From Torpedo marmorata (Eukaryota), in the NCBI GenBank assembly GCA_977017645.1, contig OZ360242.1, positions 20,584,001-20,648,000 of the forward strand: a DNA stretch of 64,000 bases, given 5' to 3'. Of the stretch, positions 1 to 10,706 are shown piece after piece; position 1 is the stretch's first letter, and the number at the start of each line of letters is the position of its first letter. A model generated the notes under the pieces. That model was not told where the DNA came from, made no database searches, and was given only the letters and a program-made list of their open reading frames with translations. The position numbers and the translations under genes are program-made.

Positions 1-2199
1 TTTCATTATCTTCCTTATAGTTTTCTTCACCCCAAGATGACCACCTAAGGGTGTACTATGAGCCAAAGTTATTATTTCATCCCTATACACTTTAGGGATC
101 ACAACCTGCTGCACTACTGCCCATTCTTCATTGGCAGGAACATCACGTGGTCTCCACTTTCTCATCAACACCCCATCTTTTTCATAATAACCTACTGGCA
201 CCTTTTTAATCTCCTCTTCAGAGAGAACCTTATCCCTCACCTCAGCAAGATCAGGATCGTCCTTTTGCCTTGCTATTAACTCCTGTCGGGATAGTGACAA
301 ATCTGTGCCTTTAGGTGTCTTATCAGTGGATGGATGTAACATAGGAGATAGCTCAACCGTTTCCAGGTTTTCTTGATTATCAGTGTCTTTTTCTTTTACC
401 AAGTTATTTTCCACTGCCTTCTCTACAGTGACATTTTTCTTAGACATGGCCCTGGTTATGGCACATGCCGGATAAATATCAGAGTCTTTCTCTGACTTAT
501 CAATGACTGGCTTAGTAGTCATTCGCACTGCAGGAACTACTTTACCCTTGGCCAAGTCATTGCCTAACAACAGTGAGACTCCTTCTACTGGCAACTCTGA
601 TCTCACTCCTATTATAACAGGTCCTTCCACCAAGTCTGAGTTCAATACTATTTTGTGCAAAGGAATGGACTCAACCTGACCACCAATTCCTTTAATTAAA
701 TTTATGTCACCGGTGTCAGTAGCTTCACAAAATTCCAAGACACTATCTAACACAAGTGACTGAGCAGCTCCAGTATCTCGCAAGATTTTCACTGGAACTT
801 GTTTTGATCCTGCCTTAACTGAAACAAAACCATCAGTCACAAAAGGTTTAAATACATCTTTAACTTTGTCAGTAAATTTATCTCCTTCCTGGGTGTTATG
901 CATCTTCTCACTCTGAATACAAGCATTAGGTGTTGCATCCTTTTCTCTCTTCTTTTTCAACACTGGACAGCTTGCTATCATATGACCAACCTTCCTATAG
1001 TAGTGGCAAATGGGACCTGAATTGTTTTCCCTTTTCCACTTTCCTTCATCCCTTTCCTTAACACCACTTCCAAATTTACTTTCCACTTGCTTCTGATTAT
1101 CCACCGTGACCTTTTGGAAAATTCTACCTGACGTCCACTTAGGCTTGTGGGTTAAAGCATATTCATCTGCTAACTTAGCTGAATTTTGCCAAGTTTTCAC
1201 CTCCTTTTCATCTAAGTATGCCTTAATATCCTCAGGAACACACCTTTTTATCTCCTCGATTATTATCAATTCTCTCAATTGATTGTAATCATTGTTTACT
1301 TCCTTAGATGTGCAACATCTGTCAAAACACACAACTTTTTCATAGGCAAACTCTGTATAAGATTGGGTTGCTGATCTTTTTAAATTTCTAAACTTCTGTC
1401 TATAAGCCTCTGGAACTAACTCATAAGCCTGGAGTATAGCCTTTTTCACCGTTTCATAATCAGCAGCTTGTTCTGTGGTAAGAGTACAATAAGCTTGCTG
1501 AGCTTTTCCTTTTATTACACTTTGTAACATAAGAGACCATTGTTCTTGTGGCCATTTTAATTTCACAGCCACTTTCTCAAAATGTTGGAAGTACTTATCT
1601 ATTTCTGTCTCCTCAAATGGAGGAACCAACCTAACTTCCCTACTAGCCAAAAACCCCTCAGCAGGATGACGAATTTGATCTTGGCGCTCTTCTTGTCTCC
1701 TCTCATTTTCCAACCTCATCTTTTCCAGCTCATATTTCCTATTTTTCTCCTCGTTCTCGTGTCTCCTTAGTTCCCATTCCATTTCCATGTCTAATTTATT
1801 TCGTTCCAATTCCAATTCTAATTTCTTTTGTTCCAATTCCCTGTTCTTTTGTTCCCTGTCTGCCTCTAATTTCTTTTGTTCCCTGGCTGCCTCCAATTGC
1901 TTTTGTTCCCTGGCTGCCTCCAATTCCTTTTGTTCCCTGGCTGCCTCCAATTCCAATTTCTTTAATTCCAACTGTATGTTTTCAGAAGGTTTACCCTTGG
2001 GAAACTGCTCTAACATGCTCTCCTCAAATTTATTTTCTTTTATATAGTATTTGATTATTTTTCTCCCAATCTCTGCCTTTTTCATAGATGGTTTTACAGA
2101 AGCAATGCCCAACTCTGTTGCTATAGCCACTAACTGTTCCTTTTTCGCCTTTTTTAAAGTATCAGGTTCAGGTGATTCCAAAAAATGTTCTACATCCAT
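1..2199 (-). CDS. Gmr1-type Gag-Pol polyprotein, N-terminal part (open to the window edge)
   Basis: ATG at 2199 (MDVEHFLESPEPDTLKKAKKEQ...), coiled-coil LEAAREQK repeats, SCAN-like capsid segment (PEAYRQKFR...LRELIIIEEIKRCVPEDIKAYLDEK), zinc knuckle CHYYRKVGHMIASC (second Cys replaced by Tyr), protease LRDTGAAQS, integrase HSTPLGGHLG. The frame is consistent from 2199 to base 1; I did not check every codon. Confidence 0.8.
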   Translation of the reverse strand, partial: MDVEHFLESPEPDTLKKAKKEQLVAIATELGIASVKPSMKKAEIGRKIIKYYIKENKFEESMLEQFPKGKPSENIQLELKKLELEAAREQKELEAAREQKQLEAAREQKKLEADREQKNRELEQKKLELELERNKLDMEMEWELRRHENEEKNRKYELEKMRLENERRQEERQDQIRHPAEGFLASREVRLVPPFEETEIDKYFQHFEKVAVKLKWPQEQWSLMLQSVIKGKAQQAYCTLTTEQAADYETVKKAILQAYELVPEAYRQKFRNLKRSATQSYTEFAYEKVVCFDRCCTSKEVNNDYNQLRELIIIEEIKRCVPEDIKAYLDEKEVKTWQNSAKLADEYALTHKPKWTSGRIFQKVTVDNQKQVESKFGSGVKERDEGKWKRENNSGPICHYYRKVGHMIASCPVLKKKREKDATPNACIQSEKMHNTQEGDKFTDKVKDVFKPFVTDGFVSVKAGSKQVPVKILRDTGAAQSLVLDSVLEFCEATDTGDINLIKGIGGQVESIPLHKIVLNSDLVEGPVIIGVRSELPVEGVSLLLGNDLAKGKVVPAVRMTTKPVIDKSEKDSDIYPACAITRAMSKKNVTVEKAVENNLVKEKDTDNQENLETVELSPMLHPSTDKTPKGTDLSLSRQELIARQKDDPDLAEVRDKVLSEEEIKKVPVGYYEKDGVLMRKWRPRDVPANEEWAVVQQVVIPKVYRDEIITLAHSTPLGGHLGVKKTIRKIMK

Positions 2200-2303
2200 T
2201 GTTGCTGGTTTTTCGTTACACACACACTAGCTTTTAATGAGCTTTACAAAAGGAATGCCTTAAACCAAACTGGGATTCCTTCAATTACCAAGATGGATTT
2301 TGA

Positions 2304-2327
2304 TTCAAATCCCGCAACGAGCCCCCA
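2304..2327 (-). promoter_or_regulatory. Primer-binding site complementary to the tRNA-Pro 3' end
   Basis: Minus strand reads TGGGGGCTCGTTGCGGGATTTGAA just inside the LTR; the canonical Pro PBS is TGGGGGCTCGTCCGGGAT. Confidence 0.85.
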
Positions 2328-2330
2328 ATT

Positions 2331-3213
2331 TGTTACAAATTCAAACCAGCAACGACAGAAGACGCAATGCAAAAGGGGTAAAATTGAAATTATTATTTAT
2401 TAAACACAAGTAAACATATAATTTCACAACAATTAACCCCACTATAAACGTCTATAAACTCTATTCTTATCTAAAAGGTGTATGTGTGTGTGTGTAAAGC
2501 CCAGACCATTACAGTCTGTGCGCAACCCTTATGTAAAAATGGAAAAACTTTCCCCAAAAACCCCAGGTCAGTCATAAAAAACAAGTCAGTCAAAAAAAGG
2601 ATAATACAGTCTACAAAATCCACTCTCTAAGTTCAGGCTTCAATTCAGCTGTGTCTGGTAGAAGTACTTCTGAATGAACGTTGGAGAGAGACAATGACTG
2701 TTTATGCTTACAAATACTTGTTTTCTTCTCTGATGACGTCCCCTTCTTGTAGGTTCATAAGGATTGCAAGTTCCAGATCAGTATACCACTGATTTAGGCG
2801 TATGCTTGAATCTCACAGCTAGTCTCGCTGATCTCACGCCTGTTCTCCACAGAAGTTGCTTTTTCTCAGAATTTCTCTGAGACAGGAGGCCATGTGCTAT
2901 TTTGTCAGTCTTTCTCTGACTGCACAAGCCTGGATTTGGCTGTGTCTTCTAGCCTTTGCAACTCACAACTGTGTCTGCTTTGCAGAGATCTGCCCCTGCT
3001 TTTTGCAAAAGTGAAACAAATGTATCTTGTCCCGTCTGTCTCTCTCTCTCTCTGTCTGGGTACACCAAGAGTTCAACAATGTATCTTGTCTGGGTACACC
3101 AAGTAGCTGGGGAAGTTAACACTTTCAGTACCTGGCCCCAGTGTATACTCCAAAAGAATTCATCCTTCCTGCTGACCGTCCGCAATCCAAATGGTCAGTC
3201 ATGGTCCATAACA
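2331..3213 (-). repeat. 5' LTR of Gmr1 copy 1
   Basis: TGTTAC...ATAACA ends; homologous to 31032-31911, 35533-37793 and 45249-46111. Confidence 0.9.
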
Positions 3214-3313
3214 TTATAAAAGATATTTCTGAAATTAACAATGTATATTACTCATGTATGTATTACTGTGTGAAAATTTAAAGTTTAAAATAAAATATTC
3301 AAAAAAAACAAAA
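3214..3313 (+). mobile_element. Probable L1 3' end remnant
   Basis: AT-rich 3'UTR-like stretch, AATAAA and an A-rich tail resembling the L1 end at 4540-4595. Confidence 0.45.
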
Positions 3314-4075
3314 CACCAGTTACAAATTTGCTGACGATACCTTGGTAGTGGGTTGTATTAAAGGGGTGATATGTCAGCATACAGGAAGGAGATTGAAAAC
3401 TTGGCTGAATGGTGTACTAACAACAACCTTGCGCTCAATGTCACCAAAACCAAGGAGCTGATTGTGGACTTCAGGAATGAAAACCAGAGTTACAATCCAA
3501 TGATCATTGGTGGAGAGGGTGAGCAAATTTAAATTCCTGGGAGTCACTATTTTATAGGGCCTTTCCTGGACCCAACATATGAATGTCATCATGAAGAAAG
3601 CACGTCAGCATCTCTACTTTCTCAGGAATTTGCGGAGGTTTGGAATCACAATGAAAACCTTGGCAAACATTTACATATGTGTAGTGGAAAGTGTGCTGAC
3701 CGGCTGCTTCACAGCCTGGTGTGGGGACACCAATGCCTCTGAGTGGAAAGCCATGCAAAAGGTAGTGGACACAGCCCAGTACATGACAGGCAAACTCTCC
3801 CCACCCATCAAGAAAACCTACATGGAAAGCTGCCGTCGGAGAGCAGCAGCAATCATCAAGAGTGTTAAGCAAGGTTAACCCACAGAAAGCTGCTGGGCCA
3901 GATAACATTCCCGGCAGAGTGCTCAGGGGATGTGTGGCCCAGCTGACTGATGTTCTCACCGACATCTTTAACATCTCCCTGACCAGTGCCATGGTACCAA
4001 CGTGCTTCAAAGCCGCTACCATCATCCCCGTGCCGAAGAAGTCGACGGTGTCCTGCCTCAATGACTACCGCCCTG

Positions 4076-4595
4076 AGATATTAGAAAATTTAGTATTAAA
4101 AAGAAATTAAATATGTTTCAAGTAGAATTTTTACGAATTGCTTTAGCGGTTTCTAAAAAATGCATTGCTATTACTTGGAAATCTGATTTAGATTTAGGAT
4201 TAGAAAGATGGCATGCACAGCTTCGTTCGTGTATACCACTGGAAAAAATTACTTATAATTTACGTAATAAATATCATTTCTTTTTGAAAATTTGGAGCCC
4301 ATATATGAGAGCTGTGGGTTTAGGGATTTGAAGATCTCTAGATATTGGATCTACTGGTATACTTGACCTCCGTAATAGAATTAGTTTATAGATGATATTC
4401 CCCTTATACTATCTTTTCCTTTCTTTCTTTTTTCTATTTTTATTTTTACTTTATATTACTAGATTAGTGGGGATGGGGGGGTTAGGGAGGAGAGGGAGGT
4501 GGGGGGGTGAAAATGTATCACATGTATTTTGATGATTATATATTTTATTTTATGTATTTTGTGATTTAAAAGTTTAAATAAAATAATTTTTTAAA
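4076..4595 (+). mobile_element. 5'-truncated L1 (AT-rich family), ORF2 C-terminus plus 3'UTR
   Basis: Encodes ...AVSKKCIAITWKSD...PLEKITYNLRNKY...KIWSPY. 16-bp TSD AATGACTACCGCCCTG at 4060-4075 and 4596-4611. Confidence 0.9.
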
Positions 4596-5619
4596 AATGA
4601 CTACCGCCCTGTCGCACTCACATCTACCGTCATGAAGTGCTTCGAGAGGCTCGTCATGAGGCACATCAAGCTTCTGCTGCCACCCTCACTGGACCCCCTG
4701 AAGTTCGCATATAGATCAAACCGCTGCACAGATGATGCCATCATTACCACCCTCCACCTAGCCCTCACCCACCTGGAAAATAGGGACGCATATGTTCGAA
4801 TGCAGATTATTGACTTCAGCTCGGCATTCAACACGATCATACCTCAGTACCTGATAGGGAAGTTGAGGGGGCTGGGCCTAAACTACACCCTCTGTAATTG
4901 GATCCTAGATTTCCTGACGGGAAGACCTCAGGCAGTCCGGATTGGAAACAGCACTTCCAAGGTCATTACATTGAGCACGGGGACTCCCCAGGGCTGTGTG
5001 CTTAGTCCATTGCTGTTCACCCTGCTGACTCATGACTGTGCAGCAAAACACAGCTCGAATCACATCATAAAGTTTGCTGATGATACAACCGTGGTGGGCC
5101 TTATCAGTAAGAATGATGAGTCAGCATACAGAGATGAGGTGCAGTCGCTAATGGAATGGCACGGAAACAATAACCTGCAGCTGAACGTGAACAAAACAAA
5201 AGAGTTGGTTGTCGACTTCAGAAGGGCCCGGGGGGATCATTCTCCTTTGACCATGGACGACTCTACCGTTGAGGTCGTAAAGAGTACCAAGTTTCTTGGA
5301 GTGCACTTGGCGGAGAGTCTCAGCTGGTCCCTAAACACCAGTTCCATAGTCAAGAAAGCCAAGCAGCGTCTTTACTTCTTGCGAAGACTGAGGAAAGTTC
5401 ATCTCCCACCCCCTATCCTTACTACATTCTACAGGGGATGCATTGAGAGTATTCTGAGCAATTGCATCACAGCTTGGTTTGGAAACTGTACCACCTCGGA
5501 CCGAAAGACCCTGCAGAGGATAGTGAGGGCAGCGGAGAAAATTATTGGAGTCTCTCTCCCCACCATGACAGACATTTACAACACACGATGCATGAGGAAG
5601 GCTAAAAACATTGTGAAGG

Positions 5620-8600
5620 TGATACGCCCATCAATAACTCCAAAAGACTGGAAGTTGCACTAGAACTGAAAGGCTTTTATTAACTACAGAATGGACCTAC
5701 ATTCGTGCTGATGATCTGTCCCGGACTGGGGGAGGAGTTGTGGCACAATGGCCTTTATTCAAGGGGAGTAGTGGGAGGAGCCACCGGGACAGTCAGCAGG
5801 GCATGTCCAAACCTATCACCAGCCCACAATACATATACAGTGGTTTACCACATTCACCCCTCCTTTTAAAAGAGTCCAGCGGGGTGAAGTGAACACTACA
5901 ACACATCTAAAATATATTACAGTCATAGATCAAGTCGATCAGGCGGTCGAGTCTGACGTCGTGATCGGCGCAGTACTTGTGGTGATGGGGCAGGCGGCGG
6001 AGCCACCTCCTGCCTGGTTTGGGGTACCGGAACGCCGGGTGACGGCGAAAGTGCTGGTGATTGTGGTGTCGTGGCGGGAGCGAATGGTGCGTCTTGTGTT
6101 TGCACGGTGGTAATCGTAACAAGGGGGTGTTCGGGGGCAGGTTCCGGTGCTCCTGCGGGCGCCAGGTCCCGGATGGAGACGGTGTCTTCCCGCCCATCAG
6201 GGAAGACCACGTAGGCGTACTGGGGGTTGGCGTGGTCTAACTGGACCCTCTCGACCATTGGGGCGTATTTACTGCTCCTGATATGTTTGCGGAGCAGCAC
6301 TGGCCCTGGGGACGTCAGCCATGCTGGTAGGGTCGTCCCGGTGGTCGACTTCCTGGGGAAAGAAAAGAGTCTTTCATGAGGAGTCACGTTGGTGGACGTA
6401 CATAGCAGGGACCGGATGGAATGGAGGGCCTCGGGAAGGACTTCTTGCCAGCGGGAGACTGGTAGTCCCTTAGACCTAAGTGCTAAGAGAGTGGCCTTCC
6501 AGACCGTGGCGTTCTCTCTTTCCACCTGGCCGTTACCCCGAGGATTGTAGCTCGTGGTCCTGCTAGTGGCGATCCCCTTTGCCAGCAGATATTTTCTCAG
6601 CTCGTCGCTCATGAATGCGGACCCCCGGTCGCTATGGATGTAGCAGGGGAAACCGAACAGGATGAAGAGTTTGCGAAAAGCTCTTATGACAGAGGTGGCC
6701 GAGGTATCGGGGCAGGGGATGGCGAAAGGGAACCGTGAGTACTCATCAATAACGTTGAGGAAGTACACGTTGCGGTCGGTGGAGGGGAGGGGACCCTTGA
6801 AGTCGACGCTGAGTCGCTCGAATGGGCGGGTCGTTTTAACTAGCTGTGCCCTGTCAGGGCGGTAGAAGTGCGGTTTGCACTCCGCGCAGACCTGGCAGCT
6901 GCTGGTCATCGCCCTGACCTCTTCTAGGGAGTACGGTAGATTACGGGCCTTCACGAAATGAAACAGCCTAGTAACTCCGGGGTGGCAGAGGTCGCAGTGG
7001 AGGGCATATAACCGGTCGATCTGTGCACTAGCGCACGTCCCCCGGGATAGAGCATCGGAGGGCTCATTGAGCTTCCCGGGCCGGTACATAATATCGTAGT
7101 TGTAGGTGGAGAGTTCAATTCTCCACCTCAGGATCTTGTCGTTTTTGATTTTACCCCGCTGCTGGTTGTTGAACATGAATGCGACTGAGCGCTGGTCAGT
7201 CAGCAGGGTAAACCTTTTGCCGGCGAGATAGTGCCTCCAGTGCCTGATAGCTTCCACTATGGCCTGGGCCTCTTTCTCCACCGTGGAGTGCCGAATTTCG
7301 GGGCCTTGAAGGGTACGGGAGAAGAACGCCACCGGTCTTCCCGCCTGGTTGAGGGTAGCAGCCAGTGCGAAGTCGGACGCGTCACTCTTGACTTGGAAGG
7401 GGATGGACTCGTCCACCGCGTGCATTGCTGCTCTGGCAATGTCCCCTTTTATGAGGCTCAAAGCCTCACTTATCTCTGCTGCAAGGGGAAACGTGGTGGA
7501 CTTGACTAGGGGTCGGGCCTTGTCTGCATAATTAGGGACCCACTGGGCGTAGTACGAAAAGAAGCCCAAGCACCTTTTGAGGGCTTTGAGGGTGTGGGGA
7601 AGCGGTAGTTCCAACAGGGGGCGCATGCGGTTGGGGTTGGGGCCGATGACCCCGTTCTCCACGACACACCCCAGGATAGCGAGTCGGGTGGTCCCGAACA
7701 CGCACTTATCCTTGTTGTATGTGAGATTAAGTGCTTTGCCGCCTGGAGGAACTTCCGGAGGTTGTTGTCGCGGTCCTGGCGATCGTGACCACAGATAGTG
7801 ATATTGTCCAGGTACGGGAAGGTGGCTTTTAGATTGGACTGGTCCACCATCCTGTCCATCACCCTCTGGAAGACGGACACCCCATTTGTGACCCCAAAGG
7901 GGACGTGCAGGAAATGGTAGAGCCTGCTGTCCGCCTCAAAGGCGGTGTAAGTGCGGTCCTCTCGACGGATGGGGAGCTGGTGGTAGGCGGATTTGAGGTC
8001 TATGGTGGAGAAGAGCTTATATTGCGCTATCTGGTTAACCATATCCGCAATGCGTGGCAGGGGGTACGCGTCAAGCTGCGTGAACCTATTGATGGTCTGG
8101 CTGTAATCCACCGCCATCCTATTTTTGTTCCCGTTCTTCACGACGACCACCTGGGCCCTCCAGGGACTCGTGCTCGGTTCAATGATCCCCTCCCCGAGTA
8201 GTCGCCTCACCTCTGACCTGATGAACACTCTGTCCCCTGCGCTATATCTCCTGCTTTTGGTCGCCACAGGTTTACAGTCAGAGGTCAGGTTGGCGAATAG
8301 CGACGGGGGCGGGATCTTGAGGGTGGATAGACCGCAGGTAGTGTGGGGTGTGTTTTTGAGGAACTGGTGATTACCGACGGTAATCGGTGGGAGGGGCCCG
8401 TCATATTTCATAGTAACGCTCTGGAGGTGGCTCTGGAAATCGAGGCCCAGTAGTACAGGTGCACACAGTCGGGGCATGACCAATAGCGTGAAGTCCCGGT
8501 ATTCCGTGCCCTGTACTACTATCGTCGCCACACAACCCCCCCGGATGTCTGTTGTGTGTGACCCGGAAGCCATGACAACCCTTTGGCTTACCGGCAGTGT

Positions 8601-10076
8601 CGCGAGGCCACATCGCTGCACTGTGTCAGGGTGGATAAAGCTTTCCGTGCTGCCTGTGTCAAACAGGCAGTTTGTCCTGTGTCCCTCGACCAGAATGTCC
8701 ATCATTGACCTCGATAGTTGATGGGGTGCACTCTGGTCGAGTGTCACTGACGCCAGTGTTAGGTCGTTGTCTTGATCCGACGTCGCGATGGAGTGCCCGC
8801 TGTCCCGGGGTGGCGGCACCCAGTGTTGGCTCGCCGGAGTGGAAGAAGATGGCCGCCCCCATGGGTCGCACGTGTTCGCATCAGGACAGTAAGATGGCGG
8901 CGCTGGAAGTGAAGCGTCGGGTCGGTAAGATGGCGGCGGCGGAAGTGACGAGGTCCAAGATGGCTGCCCCTATTCTTCGCACGTGTTGGCAGCGGTGGGT
9001 AGGTAGGACGGCGGCGCCGGAAGTGACGGTGCATAAGATGGCCGCCGCCGAATCTCGCACGCGGTGCTGCTCGAACCTGCTCGCGGCTTTGAGCGGCAGG
9101 CCTTCGTAAAGTGGCCTTTCTTACCGCAGCTGGAGCAGGTCGCCTCGCGGGCCGGGCAACGTTTTCGGGGGTGCTTCTCGAGCCCGCAAAAATAGCATTT
9201 CTCGGGCTCGCGGCTGATGGCGGCAGTAGTCGGGTCGCTAGCAGGGTGGGGGGTCAGTGGCATCCACGGGGCCTGCTGGAGATCGCGCGCTTGAATAGCG
9301 TTCGCGTTCTGAAGCGCGGCCTCCAGCGTGTGGGTCAGTTCAATGGCAGAACGGAAGGTCAGGTCAGCATGTTCCAGCAGTCGCTGGCACACGTACACTG
9401 ACCTGATCCCCGTTACAAAGGTGTCTCTTCCAAGCAGCTCTGCGTGCTGCTCGGCCGTCAGCGCCCTGCAGTCGCACGCCCGCACGAGTGTCTTTATGGC
9501 CCGTACGAACTCCGCGATCGACTCCCCGGGCCGCTGCTGCCGCGTCGTTAGCCTGTGCCTCGCATATACAGAGTTCACAGGCAGTATATACTGCCGTTTC
9601 AGTGCTTCCATCGCATCCTCGTAGGTCTGCAAGTCGCGGATCGTTGAGTAAACTCGTGGGCTTACCCTAGAGAGGAGGACCATGCGTTTTTCTTCGTCGT
9701 CCTGCACCTTGATCGCCCGTAGAAACGACTCAAAGCAGACTAGCCAGAGTTCGAAGGCATTACTGGCGTCCGATGCCTGCAGGTCGATGTCCAGTTTGTC
9801 GGGTCTCAGAATGCTCTCCATTTTACAATGTAGTTAATAAAATTGATACGCCCATCAATAACTCCAAAAGACTGGAAGTTGCACTAGAACTGAAAGGCTT
9901 TTATTAACTACAGAATGGACCTACATTCGTGCTGATGATCTGTCTCGGACTGGGGGAGGAGTTGTGGCACAATGGCCTTTATTCAATGGGGGTAGTGGGA
10001 GGAGCCACCGGGACAGTCAGCAGGGCATGTCCAAACCTATCACCAGCCCACAATACATATACAGTGGTTTACCACA
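5620..10076 (-). mobile_element. Full-length Ty3/Gypsy LTR retrotransposon (Mag-like, two CCHC knuckles) lacking a tRNA PBS
   Basis: 233-bp LTRs at 5620-5852 and 9844-10076 (3 mismatches counted), 5-bp TSD GAAGG (5615-5619, 10077-10081), PPT AAAAGGAGGGGTGAA next to the 3' LTR. Confidence 0.95.
5923..9821 (-). pseudogene. gag-pol of the Mag-like Gypsy, with one in-frame TAG (8970-8972) and one frameshift (about 7730)
   Basis: Gag with CYFCGLEKHPRKRC and CSSCGKKGHFTKAC, protease LFDTGS, RT LPRI...DLKSAYHQ...PFG...YLDN, RNase H SDAS...EKEA...TDQ, integrase H-H-C-C, VDFKGP, HSDRG, NGQVER. ORFs 8970-9821 and 7506-8819 share a frame. Confidence 0.92.
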
Positions 10077-10706
10077 GAAGGACTTATCACACCCCTTTGG
10101 TAAACTGTTTTCCTCTTTGCCATCTGGAAGGAGGTACCGAAGCACTCGGGCTCGCACGTCCAGACCGTGCAACAGTTTTTTCCCCCAAGCCATCAGGCTC
10201 CTTAATTCCTAGATATATATGTGTATTAGCATGTTATAGTTTTTCTATTGTATTATGATATTTATGTACATCTGCCCATGGTCCTGGAGAAACGCTATCT
10301 CGTCTTACTGTGTATATGGTAATGAACGACAAATAAAGGTGACTTGACTTGACTCCATCCAGGACTTCCTTAGTCTGTTTTCGCTGCTGCCATCAGGAAG
10401 GAGGTATAGATGCCACAAGACTCGTACCACCAGGTTCAGGAACTGTTACTACCCCTCCACCATCAGATTCCTAAACAACAAACTCAGAGACTCATTTAAG
10501 CACTCTTACTTTGCACATTATTTATTATTGAATATTTATTTTCTGTATTGCACAGTTTCTCTCTTATGTATAAGTATCTTTTCTTGAATAGAGTTTTTTT
10601 TGCACTACCGATAAGTAGAAATTCTGCCTGGCCCACAGGTAAAAGGATCTCAGGGTTGTATGTTATGTCATGCAGGTAGTCTGACAATAAATCTGAACTT
10701 TGATTT

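Larger units (their letters stand above)
1..3213 (-). mobile_element. Gmr1-type Ty3/Gypsy LTR retrotransposon, copy 1 (5' LTR, gag, protease, start of integrase; runs off the left edge)
   Basis: 5' LTR 2331-3213 (TG...CA) and tRNA-Pro PBS 2304-2327. Near-identical to the element at 35533-46111, where the order gag-PR-IN-RT-RH is visible. Confidence 0.92.
3862..10354 (+). mobile_element. Rex1/Babar-type non-LTR element, family B, 5'-truncated and interrupted by an L1 and a Gypsy
   Basis: RT domain pieces [10 protein letters not shown]...NDYRP (3862-4075) and MKCFERLV...DFSSAFNTI...PQGCVLSP...KFADDT (4632-5614), continuing after 10081 to AATAAA plus a (GACTT)n tail. Confidence 0.88.
3318..10706 (+). 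mobile_element. Rex1/Babar-type non-LTR element, family A, split into 3318-3861 and 10355-10706
   Basis: YKFADDT RT motif and KARQHLYFLR...ESVLT segment in the left part. The right part resumes with the ...FSLLPSGRRYR C-terminus, 3'UTR, AATAAA and a short repeat tail. Confidence 0.75.

Noticed and set aside
8970-8972. In-frame TAG between gag and pol as programmed readthrough
   Set aside because: The paralogous repeat unit about 110 bp away has TGG at the same position (TGGGGGCGGCCATCT versus TAGGGGCAGCCATCT), so a point mutation is more likely. A family consensus would settle it.
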